Part shown: positions 1-12,525 of the stretch, piece after piece
Numbering within the stretch: the stretch's first letter is position 1
Layout of the letters: each line of letters begins with the position of its first letter
Source: Octopus bimaculoides
Lineage: Eukaryota
NCBI RefSeq assembly: GCF_001194135.2
Contig: NC_068989.1
Location: 80,211,388 to 80,254,465 of the forward strand
Length of the DNA stretch: 43,078 nt
Reading direction: 5' to 3'
The notes under the pieces: generated by a model
Seen by the model: only the letters and a program-made list of their open reading frames with translations
Told to the model about the DNA's origin: nothing
Databases searched by the model: none
Position numbers and translations under genes: made by a program

Positions 1-76
<76 letters not shown>

Positions 77-215
77 CAGATATATATATATGTGTATACA
101 TATATTACATATATACATACTCGCACACACACACACACACACACACATATACATTCATGTGTGTGTGCGTGTGTGTTTGTGCCTGTGTGCTCCAGTGTGT
201 TCCTGTTACATCTCT
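1..215. repeat. Compound (TA)n/(CA)n/(TG)n microsatellite
   Basis: Pure TA run 1-66 followed by TATG, CA and TG dinucleotide tracts. Confidence 0.95.
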
Positions 216-1169
216 AAATCTTATCTCATTAACGATCTTCTGCGCATGGAACCCTTTAACACGTTTTAGCAGAAAGTGAATTGTTCAATGGCTTCACTAA
301 CTGAATTTATTTAACGAGACCTGAGTGTTTACATATTTGATAAAAGCAAGGGAAAGAAATATTTTCTCGATGATATTAATCCAACAGCAGGATATCTGAT
401 CTTAAGGTGAGATATCTTTCTTTTGCATACCAGCAAAATTATAAACGCATATGCTCATGTAAGCAAATGTCAATGCGTTGTCAAGTTTGTTTTTCTCTAT
501 GAATATATGCATACATATACATTCATAAGTACACACGCACACACACGCACACGCATACATACAAAGACGCACACACCCGCACACATATATAGTTGTATGT
601 ATATTACTTATAGAATAAATTGATGAATAGATTTCAAACTATCATCTCTAACGTAGAATTATTTATTCATGTTTTAACTGGAATTCGTACATTCTTTATT
701 CAAGTCACAATTCTTGTATCTCCTCGGAAATATAGCAAATATATATGATGACAGGATGATGATATCTGATTAATATCAACCACAAATAAAACAATATGGG
801 ATAAATATTCTCATAGCTAAAGGATATAGCTATATTACGATACCACATGCACCTCTGTACAGATATACAAGATTATTTAGTTTAAAAAGGAAACGAGATA
901 TCTCTTGTCAACGAAATGGTATCATAAGGTTAATGTAGTTTTAGATTATATAATAAGATGTGAATAGTTGAGTTAATTAACTCTATGCTGTTGTGATACG
1001 TCAATCAGATACATAATAAGTTTTCTAGTCACTTGGTTACCTAATACTGTTCGCTAGACTGTTAGACTACCAGCTGTTTTCTTTCTGTAGGTGGGAGGAA
1101 ATTAAGATTTTATTTGGTTTGCTTGTTTTTTTTTTGAAGTGCTTCACTCAGTATATCTTTATTGGGTAC

Positions 1170-1533
1170 AAAATCGCTTCGAAACTACGTGTTTTGGAGT
1201 TCAGTCCTATCCTCTTTTATACTCTGCACCGACCAATGTTTTGTGTGTGAAGTTGGTAGACGGAAATTATGTACAAAACCCGTTATATATCTATCTCTCT
1301 GTATGTGGGTGTGTGTGTTTGTGAGCGTGCACACACGCTCTTTGTATTTATCTATATCTACCACTTGAGAACCGTGTTAGTTTGTTTACGTCTGCATCTT
1401 ACAGGTTCGGCCAAAGGGATGGATAAGACTTAAGAGTAGGTTTAAGAAACAAAATGTACTGAAGTTGATTTGTTTGACTAAACACTTCAAAGGAGTGCCT
1501 CAGTATGGCCGCAATGGGAAACATAAAAGAATA
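1170..1533 (+). mobile_element. tRNA-derived SINE, family A (old, degraded copy)
   Basis: Collinear with the copy at 10471-10868: degenerate B box 'ggagttcagtcc', 'ccgaccaatgttttgtg..ttggtagacggaaa', internal TG tract, 'tttgtttacgtc..ggttcggccaaag', 3' 'gtgcctcagtatggccgca'. Confidence 0.75.
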
Positions 1534-1880
1534 CATACTTTATTTAATCTCAATCGATGCCTTTGGCTTATTTAAGTTTTTTATGTCCAAGTCGGAAAAA
1601 TTGCGCATGACGTTTGAGAGGGCTTCTGCAACTCGTGGAAGAGGAGGAAGAAGATATCGTCAAAGTGCAGACCAGACTGGTGCGAAAGTTTGCAACAGAA
1701 TGAATGGTAGGCTTAGAAGAATTCATTACGAAGTATGAATCCTTTTTTATAAAATGAATAATGTTTGTTGGAATTGTTGGACACCTACAGCCTTTGTGAT
1801 TCCACTAATTATTAAAAAAAAAAAGTTACTTTAATCCCGCCCCATTTTCCACCAGTAATATCCGTTTCTACCATTGACAT

Positions 1881-2060
1881 AAGACCTAAGCTTTTGGGGA
1901 AGGGTGACCTGTCGATAATATTGAGCACGGTACTCAATGGGTACTTATTTTCTCGAGTCCGAAAGAAAGAAAAGCAAAGACAAACGTGACAAATTTTGAG
2001 TGCAGGGCGTGAACACGGACGAAGTACCGCTAAGCATTTTGTCTGGAGTGCTAACGATCA
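1881..2060 (-). mobile_element. tRNA-derived SINE, family B (degraded)
   Basis: Reverse complement matches 35222-35366 ('ttagcac..aaatgcttagcggtacttcgtc', 'ctttcggactcgagaaaataagtacc'). Confidence 0.75.
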
Positions 2061-2486
2061 GTTTATGGCTGATAAATAAATCATCTATAACAAATTATGT
2101 GATTAACTTCGATATTTTCGCAAGAAGTTAAAAAAAAAACAAGAGCTTAAAAAATCTATATATTATGTCAAAGAATACAATAAATAAAGTGTAACAGTAA
2201 ATCAATTAACCTTTCTGTCTTTCTCTCTTCCTCTCTGTAAATATATGTATGTGTATGTTTTTGTGTATGTACATATTATATATATATATATATATATATG
2301 AATGTATATAAATATATATGTATATATATTAAGTGTATATATAGATGAATATACCCCTATGTTTATATATACATATGTATGTATATGTAAATAAATGTAT
2401 GTATATATATACACACACATACGAATACGTACATATAAATACATTCATATACATACATACATACCTGTTCCCCACCTTTCTCTCTG

Positions 2487-2493
<7 letters not shown>

Positions 2494-2538
<45 letters not shown>
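2494..2538. repeat. (CT)n microsatellite within a TA/TATG-rich low-complexity block (2200-2540)
   Basis: Direct inspection. Confidence 0.95.
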
Positions 2539-2540
<2 letters not shown>

Positions 2541-3759
2541 TCAGTATCTTTCGTTCTCTTTTATTCTCGTAAAACGCTGTCTGCTAATTTAGAATAATAT
2601 GACTCGACATTACGTACGGATTTATACTTTGAGTATAATACAAAAGTATGTACCTCAAAAACGTTTAACATTTCAAATGAATCTTCATCTCTTGGAGAAC
2701 GAAGAAAAAAAATATCAAAACTGAAAACAAAAACAAAAAAAAACAGCAAAAAAGTAAACTAGTCTAGCTTATTCTTTACAGAACCAAGAACTTTTACCAA
2801 GTTGTCTGAAACTTTGGCGATTTATAGTTTTATAAACATTTGCTACTGTAAGCAATTTCTTCTGCTGAATTTACTTTCATCACGTTAGTCAGTTCCTGTT
2901 AAACAAAATGCATTCCTTTTGCAAATATAGCTCATATCTTTCCTAACATTACAAGGATATTATAAAAAAAAGTTTTTAAAGAATAATAAGGTAATTATTA
3001 GAAATAATTTAACTTTCATGGTACAGAAACGGAAGCTTCGTTAAACGTCTAAAAACAAACAGCTGCTTACGCTCATACTAGATATTGTAAGATGGAGTAA
3101 AAACTCCAACTAAGCAGAAAAAAAAACTGATCCCTGGTTTCAATCCTTAGATATAGAAATTTCGCTTTTTCTCTTTCTTTTATGTTACTAAACCGCCATC
3201 CTCCTTCTCTGAATAAATAATGACGTGATTGCATAACTAGAATCTCAACTACACCTTCATGGTTGCGAGAATGCATGCATACAGGTATGCGTATGTATAT
3301 ATATATATATATATATATNNNNNNNNNNNNNNNNNNNNNNNNNNNNNNNNNNNNNNNNNNNNNNNNNNNNNNNNNNNNNNNNNNNNNNNNNNNNNNNNNN
3401 NNNNNNNNNNNNNNNNNNNNNNNNNNNNNNNNNNNNNNNNNNNNNNNNNNNNNNNNNNNNNNNNNNNNNNNNNNNNNNNNNNNNNNNNNNNNNNNNNNNN
3501 NNNNNNNNNNNNNNNNNNNNNNNNNNNNNNNNNNNNNNNNNNNNNNNNNNNNNNNNNNNNNNNNNNNNNNNNNNNNNNNNNNNNNNNNNNNNNNNNNNNN
3601 NNNNNNNNNNNNNNNNNNNNNNNNNNNNNNNNNNNNNNNNNNNNNNNNNNNNNNNNNNNNNNNNNNNNNNNNNNNNNNNNNNNNNNNNNNNNNNNNNNNN
3701 NNNNNNNNNNNNNNNNNNNNNNNNNNNNNNNNNNNNNNNNNNNNNNNNNNNNNTATATA

Positions 3760-3796
<37 letters not shown>

Positions 3797-4278
3797 GTAT
3801 GTATATGTATATTTATGTATCTATGTATGTATGTATTCATGATTTCATATATATATGAATGCATGTATATACTGTCTATATTACATGTTTTATACGTCTA
3901 TATGTATACACACATATGTATATACATATACATATTATATTTATATATGTTACATATATACTACATATATGCACTATGTTCCTATATACAATCCACGAGA
4001 TTTTTTCCTAGTTCCCTTTTTTTATTTTTTTTATTCCCTCCCTGCCTTTTGTTTCCCGTCCCTGCTGGAATTTCCTTTAGAAATGCGACGAACAGCTATG
4101 CCCGAAGCGTTACACAATGTAACTTTTACTCTGTAGCTATTATTTTATCTTGTATATTATTGTCTCGTTATTTGTGTTTGTTATGTACAACACACACATA
4201 CACACATATATATATATATATACATACATTTACATATATGTATATAATCACTTTCAAATACATTCGCACGTGAATTCT

Positions 4279-4480
4279 TATTACGTCCGCCTTAACGAAG
4301 GCAGAGGTGTTGTTTCAGCTACGTTTGTTTATTTGTCCGTGGACAAGATATCCCAAGAACCCCGAGATGGATTCGAATGAAACTTTCAGAGATGTTTGGC
4401 CACGTGGCTGGCACGAACTGATTAGATTTGGGGATCGATCCGGTATCGTACAAGGTTTTTGGATTATTTTCCGTTTGTTT
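4279..4480 (+). mobile_element. Non-autonomous DNA-element-like fragment (possibly Crypton-A-type)
   Basis: Starts 'ttattacgtccgccttaacgaaggcagaggtgttgtttc' and continues 'gatggattcgaatgaaactttcag..gattagatttggggatcgatccggtatc'. This recalls a widespread aquatic non-autonomous family starting TTATTACCTCCGCC-AAGGAGGTTATG. The class assignment is from memory only. Confidence 0.4.
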
Positions 4481-5097
4481 TTTTTTTTGTTTTTTTTTGA
4501 GAGCGGTCATGTTCATTTTTAGTATTCTCGTTTGTGAGAGCTGTCGAGTTTATTTCAGATATTCTCATTTTAAAAATCATCTCTGGTCTTGCCTTGGTGG
4601 AGGTTTGCGCTCTCTGAATGCTCTTATTCTTATTAATTTTTTGCTACACCGCTCTTATGCAAAACGTAAATATCAGAAAATGCATTTGTAGTAAAATCAA
4701 GACTTGATAAATAAAAAAGACTGAGGTACTCAAACAAGCAAATACCTACAGCTGCTCAACATGTGAAGGCAATAAATTAAGTTCAAAACTGAAATTTGTA
4801 CTAGGATCATTATCAAAGGTAAAGCATCCACTGTCTTTACCCCCAGAACGTTGCAGTCTGTGAAAGCAGTAAGATAATTTTAAAATGCGGGAGTATGTAT
4901 ATGTGTGATTGTGTGCAGTGCATGTCTGTTCATCTGTATGCATGTGTGTATAGTTTTTTATCGATTTATACCGACGAGAAAACGATTTAAACGATGGTTT
5001 CGAAATTCTTTCGTAACGAAACTAATTACAGCTAGGGAAAATCCTTAACAGGTGACATAGTATTTTGAGATATGTGTATCGTTAAATAAATCAACAT

Positions 5098-5134
5098 CAA
5101 TTGTCAAGCGATGGCGGGAAGCAAACACAGCGAT

Positions 5135-5193
<59 letters not shown>

Positions 5194-5525
5194 TGTATAT
5201 ATATGTATGTGTGTATATATATATATAANNNNNNNNNNNNNNNNNNNNNNNNNNNNNNNNNNNNNNNNNNNNNNNNNNNNNNNNNNNNNNNNNNNNNNNN
5301 NNNNNNNNNNNNNNNNNNNNNNNNNNNNNNNNNNNNNNNNNNNNNNNNNNNNNNNNNNNNNNNNNNNNNNNNNNNNNNNNNNNNNNNNNNNNNNNNTATA
5401 TATATATATATATATATATATATGCTGGGCATCTCTACTGTTTTCGTCTTTCAAAATTTACTCACAAAGCATCGGTGTCCCGGATTATAACTGGGGACTG
5501 AACCCAAAACCACGTGGTTTCAAAT
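5098..5525 (-). mobile_element. SINE family A whose internal microsatellite is expanded and contains an N-gap
   Basis: Left arm 'ttgtcaagcgatggcgggaagcaaacacag' is the reverse complement of the family A middle; right arm 'ctcacaaagcatcggt..gggactgaacccaaaaccacgtggtt' is the reverse complement of the head. A CA/TA tract and the gap 5229-5396 lie between them. Confidence 0.7.
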
Positions 5526-5576
5526 TCTGTGCCTAGGCCTAGGCTTACGCTTAAAAATATTTTTTGCTTCACTACC

Positions 5577-5760
5577 TTTTACTTGTTTCAGTTATTCTGG
5601 ACCACCATCTTGATGGGGCTTTTGTTTAGTTAAACAAATCAACCCCAAGTCTTCCTTTTTAAATCCTAGTATTTATTCTATCGGTCTCTTTTACAGGCGG
5701 AAACACACACGCACACAGATGTATACGACCCGCTTCTTTCAGTTTCCGTCTACCAAATTC
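5577..5760 (-). mobile_element. SINE family A, internally deleted copy
   Basis: 'ttttacttgtttcagt', 'ctagtatttattctatcggtctctttt' and 'gcttctttcagtttccgtctaccaaattc' are reverse complements of family A modules. Confidence 0.75.
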
Positions 5761-5883
5761 CCTTCTTACCTCACAGTCACGCCTGTGTCTATATTTATTA
5801 TTATACCCAACCTGATTCTTTATTCATAGATGTCATGTATGATCCACAGGAGTTAAGCATCATAAACTAGTTGAAGGCAATAT

Positions 5884-6025
5884 GCATTTGCCTTTCACCC
5901 TTTCGAGGTCGATTAAATAAGTACCAGTTACACACTGGGGTCGATGCAATCGACTGAAACTGTTTTGCCTGCCCTTGTTTGTCCCCTCTATGTTTATCAC
6001 CTGTGGTGGGTGATTAAGAAATAAA
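5884..6025 (+). mobile_element. SINE family B, 3' part
   Basis: 'tttgcctttcaccctttcgaggtcgattaaataagtaccagttacacactggggtcgatgcaatcgact' is near-identical to 35286-35366. Confidence 0.85.
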
Positions 6026-6654
6026 TATGCAATCTTGGTTTTGAATTGTGACAGCTCAGGCAATAATTATGCATTACCTCAAACTCTGACCATTTAGAGC
6101 AACTGTGATTATTATAGAGCTTCACTTAAAGCATAAACTAGACAAAGCAAGAAATATATATGCACCAAGAATAGTGCATTTGTAATAGTACGCTTGTTCG
6201 TTTTTGAGCTGAAAACTTAGAAATAACATGATTACATTCCTGTCATTCACGAATTATGATTTCAAGTGAAGTTAGTATTCTAATTTCTGTTATTTAAATA
6301 TAGTCTCAGAGCTTTCTTCGTTTAAATATGGTCTGATGGAACATCATATTGATTTTCATGGTAGAGCACTCATGAACTAAACATTTTATCAACGTTCAGT
6401 TTAGTGTCTGTTGTTAATTGATTTTAAGTGCTACAAGTTTTATAGTTACTGTTTTAGGATTTTGAGCTCCATGAATATGTAAAAGGCTTGTAAATGCTTC
6501 CGTTAGAAAAACTCCTTTGGCATAACTAAAGATAAAACATTCTTTATGTGTGTGTGTGTGGTGTATGTGTGTGTGTGTGCGTGTATGTAAGGTTCGAGAN
6601 NNNNNNNNNATATATTGGTTTAAAAAGTTGAATTTAAATTCTTCCTTTAATTTG

Positions 6655-6870
6655 GAGTTTTCCCAAAAAGATTTCTAATATTGATTCTTCATATGTTGAT
6701 GGTAGTTTACAGGCGTAAATTTGGGAATATGAAAATAATACTTGTATATGATGTGCTGCGAATTTATGGAAAAAAATCTCATAAAACTCAACAATTTAGT
6801 TAAAAATGGAGAAGAGAAGTTGTTAAAATATGTAAGAGAATTTTAATTTATGCAGACGATCGCTTCGTAC
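6655..6870 (+). pseudogene. Degenerate Penelope-like element reverse transcriptase remnant
   Basis: Frameshifted pieces in the order FPKKISN..YENNTC, MEKNL..NGEEKLLKYVRE, then YADDRFV (tat gca gac gat cgc ttc gta at 6849-6869). This matches the order of PLE RT motifs LENNxF .. RYxDDCF. Confidence 0.45.
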
Positions 6871-7689
6871 AGAGATATGAAAATAATGCAAATTCATGAT
6901 TGAATTGAATTAAATTAAATTAATTAAATAAATTAATATATCAATGTACTCTTCAGTGCAAAAATATAAACAAAAGTTTTACAAAGAACTTGAGAAAGGT
7001 AATAGCAGAATAGAATCTAGGAGATTCATATTTATCCTTATGAGAAAAAAAAGATATGTGAGTCCAGTTTTTGTATTAGCTATAACGGTTATTTGAAAAT
7101 ATAAGTAAAAGAGGTTTGAGAGACACTCCCTCTATAGATGAGTAAGGAGATTAGAAATTTTAACTCCAATATATATATAGTGAGTGTTTGCGTGTGAGTG
7201 TCTGTGTGTGTGTGTATGTATGAAATAAAGTATTTACATAGCCGACCAGTTTTGTTTATACTAATCAGGACAAAGCAGTGACTGATAATGTTATAATTTT
7301 ATGCTACTATAATAAGCTTTCACTCTATTCTGTTACTTACATCGAATAAAATCTTATTATGGTAGCATGAAATTATTACATTACCACTATTTCGTCATGA
7401 TTAGCATAGGCGAAACCAGTCGACTATATAAATATATTATCTCATAAATATAAATATATATACATTTTCCCAACATAAAGCTACTGTGTTTAATGATACG
7501 GTTTTGCGTTCATATCCCAACTGAATTTATTTTACTTATTTACTGAATCAAAGAAGAAAGATACGGAACAGTGTCGACACAGTTGCCGATAACTCTCCCT
7601 ATATATCTATTTATTTGCTTTTTGTTTCAAGCAGTGAAGAAAATTATAAAAGATAAAAGTGAGACAATGTTGAAAGTATAGTACAGCCA

Positions 7690-8185
7690 ACTGGATGCCT
7701 ATCTATTTGCGAGAAGACGCACACACAAACAATCCCTCTAATCCTCACTCTTGATGCAGCAGAAGGTCCAAGATATACCAGCAGAGGCGAGAGAATTCTT
7801 TCTCAGAATCTTGGCTGGTCTACATTTACAGATGATTATATTGGAACAATATGCGATGCCATCACGCTGAAGGACGCACTGCACGACAAGCTCCAGGAAT
7901 AAACCTCATGGCCTTACATTTATGAACCGAATATCCTAATCATTTGACCAAGCGTCTTCTCAGAAATGTAACAAACTACAATAGAATCCTTCTGCTGGAG
8001 ATGGTAAGCAGTTATCTCACAAATCTCAGTGGACTTTACTGAAGATCGAAGAACACATTGGATAATGCATTCTTAGATTTGTTATGCTCGGAAATTAGAT
8101 GAATAGTCATGGTGAGAACATCTTTGACTATAGTTCTACTTGGTTAGGAGGACTTGCTGAAAAACAGACGACAATTGCTTGCTTT
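7690..8185 (+). pseudogene. Probable Helitron PIF1-like helicase relic
   Basis: Degenerate motifs in the correct order across frames: LDAAEGPRYT (7750, cf. LDAPGGTGKT Walker A), RILAGL, AITL/EGRTA (7872, cf. AATLLxGGRTAHS), LSHK, LDNAFLDL (cf. LDRTLxDL), TIVLLG*ED..RQLL (8127, cf. VLLxGDFRQxLP). Many stops and frameshifts. Confidence 0.4.
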
Positions 8186-8799
8186 GCATATATTTTAATC
8201 TGCAGTGGTTTTCACACTGTTTTTTGGTGATCAATACATTTATTAACAGACAATTGATCGATTATATTTTTATTTCCCAAACTGTACAATCAATCTATTA
8301 ACATTATTATTTGTTATCAAAAAAAGAACTAGAATCCCGTTGTATCAAAAATTTATAATTGACATAGTAATTAAAAGCTACACAGTTAATATTGTTGACA
8401 GGCCTGTCTATGTCCCAAGTATGAAGCTATAAAGTATTAAAACGACATGTTTTTAAAACATCAATTAGCTTTTGATGTTGTCATAAATTCTTTTTCACAG
8501 AAAATTAATGCTCACAATCGTCAGGAACAATACAAACAAGACATAAAAATGTGCTGTCAAAATTTTATGCGAAACGTGATGTATCTTTTAATTTTATGTT
8601 GCAGTGTAACGTGGAAGCAAATAATTTAGTATCTCTAAACAGGAAGTTATATTCTATAGCGACAGGGGAAATATTTACTATAAATGTTGAAATTAAAAGA
8701 ATGGGTATTTGGTAACTGAAAGCTCAGCAAGGTTTAAAACATGTTTCACTTTAATGTTGCCAATAATATTATAGTCTTGGTAGTTGTTTGCACAATGGG

Positions 8800-8950
8800 C
8801 GGATCGGAAAAGCGTTGAGAAAAAAGATGTTATGGTATTTGGTTAACTCCCTTTAGCATCTGATTTCAAATCTTCTGCAGGTCCACATTGTCCTTAATAA
8901 AATAAATACCAGTTAGTAAAATTTATCACTGGAATCTGTGTAATCGCCTA
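8800..8950 (+). mobile_element. SINE family B, highly degraded
   Basis: 'tctgatttcaaatcttctgcaggtc..taataaaataaataccagttag..actggaatctgtgtaatcg' parallels the family B core. Confidence 0.5.
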
Positions 8951-9510
8951 ATCTCTACGCAAATGTGTTCCTGTATAACTACAGCTGGCTAACTGAAGCT
9001 AGTAAAAAAAAAAGTATAATGAAATAGTCTCTATGAGGTTATTGTTAAAACTCAAAGATATACAAGCAATTTTGCATACATTTTGTACTTGCTTTCTTTT
9101 TAAATTATTACAACGACATTCATATTTAATTTGCAGGTTCCATCACCACGAAACAGTAAATAGCTGAACTGATTTTGTACAGAAAAGGGTGGGGCTTGTG
9201 GCATGTTGTGGGAACTATGTGTCCCCTCCCTCATCAAGAGAGTTCTTTACCGAATTGGCCAGCCTCCAGATTGTCATTTTAGCTCTATTTCAACCCTAAA
9301 CAAGTTCTAATCAATCAGACCGCTAATCAAAAACATTCCATACGTGAGCATTCATTTTTAATTCTGACTTAGTGCATCTAGGACTATAACATCTCATATT
9401 TTTAAGACCGTAGATGTGATTTGAGGGTGATTTAACAGCTATGCTTAGCAGTCATGTGATTCATGTTATGTCGACAGCAATTCACTGCTGTACAAGGCAG
9501 TTAGTTAATC

Positions 9511-9623
9511 GGCAGAATTGTTAGTGTGCCGGATGGAAAGCCTTCCGGTGTTCGTTCCAGGCCTCTTTGTTGAGTTCAAAGGACGCCAAAACTAAATCTA
9601 GTCATCACCCATTCATAGTCGAC
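9511..9623 (+). mobile_element. SINE family B, 5' fragment
   Basis: 'ggcagaattgttagtgtgccggatggaaag..ttgagttcaaa' parallels the head of 32258-32465 and 35222. Confidence 0.55.
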
Positions 9624-10431
9624 TAGCCCAGGGCATTCCTTCTCTCTCTCTCTCTCTCTCTNNNNNNNNNNNNNNNNNNNNNNNNNNNNNNNNNNNNNNN
9701 NNNNNNNNNNNNNNNNNNNNNNNNNNNNNNNNNNNNNNNNNNNNNNNNNNNNNNNNNNNNNNNNNNNNNNNNNNNNNNNNNNNNNNNNNNNNNNNNNNNN
9801 NNNNNNNNNNNNNNNNNNNNNNNNNNNNNNNNNNNNNNNNNNNNNNNNNNNNNNNNNNNNNNNNNNNNNNNNNNNNNNNNNNNNNNNNNNNNNNNNNNNN
9901 NNNNNNNNNNNNNNNNNNNNNNNNNNNNNNNNNNNNNNNNNNNNNNNNNNNNNNNNNNNNNNNNNNNNNNNNNNNNNNNNNNNNNNNNNNNNNNNNNNNN
10001 NNNNNNNNNNNNNNNNNNNNNNNNNNNNNNNNNNNNNNNNNNNNNNNNNNNNNNNNNNNNNNNNNNNNNNNNNNNNNNNNNNNNNNNNNNNNNNNNNNNN
10101 NNNNNNNNNNNNNNNNNNNNNNNNNNNNNNNNNNNNNNNNNNNNNNNNNNNNNNNNNNNNNNNNNNNNNNNNNNNNNNNNNNNNNNNNNNNNNNNNNNNN
10201 NNNNNNNNNNNNNNNNNNNNNNNNNNNNNNNNNNNNNNNNNNNNNNNNNNNNNNNNNNNNNNNNNNNNNNNNNNNNNNNNNNNNNNNNNNNNNNNNNNNN
10301 NNNNNNNNNNNNNNNNNNNNNNNNNNNNNNNNNNNNNNNNNNNNNNNNNNNNNNNNNNNNNNNNNNNNNNNNNNNNNNNNNNNNNTGTGTGTGTCAGGGG
10401 GGCGTGTGTGTGTGTCTGTACGTGTGTATGA

Positions 10432-10468
<37 letters not shown>

Positions 10469-10470
10469 AA

Positions 10471-10868
10471 GGCGCAGGAGTGTATGTGTGGTAAGAAGCT
10501 TTCTTCTCAACCACATAGTTCTGGGTTCAGTCCCACTGCGTGGCACCTTAGGCAAGTGTCTTCTACTATAGTTTCGGCCCGACCAAAACTTTGTGAGTGG
10601 ATTTGGTAAACAGAAATTGAAAGAAGCCCGTCGTACATTTGTGTATGTATATATCCATGTGTGTGTGGGGGTGTTTGTCCGCTACCGGTGTAGGTGTGTT
10701 TACGTCCCCATAACTTAGTGGTTCGGCAAAAGAGGCCGATAAGATAAGTACTAGGTTTCAGAAAATAAGTCTTAGAGTCGATTTGTTCTACTAAAACCCT
10801 ATAAGCGGTGCTCCAGCATGGCCACTGTCAAATGACTGAAACAAGCAAAAGATAAAAGCTGAAAGATA
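10471..10868 (+). mobile_element. tRNA-derived SINE, family A, full length
   Basis: Head 'ggcgcaggag..tgtgtggtaagaagct' (A-box-like) and 'gggttcagtccc' (B-box-like), CORE-like 'caccttaggcaagtgtcttc', internal TG tract, 3' end 'gcggtgctccagcatggccactgtcaaatgactgaaacaagcaaaagataaaag'. Multiple copies in the window. Confidence 0.9.
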
Positions 10869-10879
10869 CATGTGTGTGT

Positions 10880-10914
<35 letters not shown>

Positions 10915-11687
10915 CGCGCATGCGCCTGTGTGTACAAGGAGATTAATTACGGGCACAAAAAGCTGTACAGGAAAAAAAAAAACAAGGATTGCACTACAAT
11001 TATTATGCAACTTTCAGAAAATGAATACATAATATTGCAAATCAAAATGTTAATTAGAATATAATTCGATAAAATGTATTGAGAATACGCAATTAAATTT
11101 ATAAATTTCGGTTTTGCGATTACTTTATTATGTGGCGGAAATAAAATTAGTGCGTGCAAATTGAATTTTGTTGAGTAAAACAAGACTAATTCCGATCCGA
11201 ATACGAATTGATAATTATCATTTCTATATTTAGTGAAGTTTATTTGACAACTAAATGTGGCAGTTCTACACAAGAACTGTTACTGTTGTATAGCCCAAGG
11301 AAAAACCTTTTCCAGTTGTCTGTGTGTTCTTGTATAGGACTGCCACATTTTGTTGGCAAATAAGCTTTACTTTACGGTGCTGTTACTGCATATCTCTCGC
11401 TCAGAGATTTAAAACGAGTTATTTACTTTTTTAAAATTTTCTATGAATTAATATCCATGCAACTATTATAAGGTCGTCAAGTGTGAAATTCGTAGAAAAG
11501 AAAACATGTTTGCTAATGTTTTATGAATACAAGGAATAGTTTTATTCATCAAAGTATGCACCCATATTGTCAATACACTTTTGTCATTTCAGTGCGGAAC
11601 TGTAAAATTCTGGCAATCTACATATATACATCCGTGTGTGTGTGTCAATACACTTTTGTCATTTCAGTGCGGAACTGNNNNNNNNNN

Positions 11688-11752
<65 letters not shown>

Positions 11753-12337
11753 ATACATGTGTGAATAGATGTTCCTGTGTATAAATACATGATTCTAAAA
11801 ATCATTATTGTGCCTGTATCTGTGACAACGACGATCTATACTCTGACCTCCCGGCACCTCGGTCAATCATATTTACTTACACGTGTCTGATAATGAGGGA
11901 TTTACTTCTACATGTTGCTTGTTATTGAAAGTATAATGTTGCATGAGAAGCAGAAGGAAATGATGAAAACCATAACAGTCGAAATTCATAAAAATCGTGT
12001 GTGGGGTCTTTCTATTTGTGATTAGTGATTATGGCTTATCTTCTTTAGCAATTAGACACTCATTCCTGCAGGCATTTTAGACTTTCCTTTTGAGATTTCA
12101 CAGTTTATCAGGTCGTTTCGTAATTTCATTATTCCATTATGCAATTATTTTTATACTATAATTCCGCTTTTTTTCTATTATTTAATGAGGAGTAAAGAGA
12201 AAAAGAAAACATTTTGGAACTCATATTTAGCCTGTAGTCCAGACTGACCGGGCAGACCAACGGTCAAAGGCTTTCAAACTGAGAATTCTATCTTTTCAAG
12301 GTTATATCTCGGATTTTCATATTCTATGTTGTTTTAA

Positions 12338-12525
12338 GGCTTGGAACTGGCGAAATCGTTAGCATGTTGAACAAGATATTTAGCGGCATTTCTTCCAGCG
12401 TTTATCGTTCTTAATTCAAACACAGCCGACATCATCTTTGTCATTCATCTTTTCTGCTCGATGAAATAAGTACCAGTCAAACATTGTCGGCGATGTAATC
12501 AACTTTCCCCTTCAAAAATTGCTGT
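12338..12525 (+). mobile_element. SINE family B (degraded, near full length)
   Basis: 'actggcgaaatcgttagcatgttg..tttagcggcatttc..gatgaaataagtaccagtc..cgatgtaatcaactttcccc'. Confidence 0.75.

Noticed and set aside
4751-4818. Possible exon CSTCEGNKLSSKLKFVLGSLSK with a good donor (aag|gtaaag)
   Set aside because: The acceptor lacks a polypyrimidine tract and there is no recognisable homology.
9136-9170. Strong-looking splice acceptors at 9136 (ttgcag), also at 1090, 31818 and 41343
   Set aside because: All frames hit stops or lack a plausible donor; such motifs are frequent by chance in AT-rich DNA.
11568-11677. Exact 35-bp direct repeat (tgtcaatacacttttgtcatttcagtgcggaactg at 11568 and 11643)
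   Set aside because: The second copy ends exactly at a 10-N placeholder gap beside a TG tract; most likely a contig-overlap assembly artefact.
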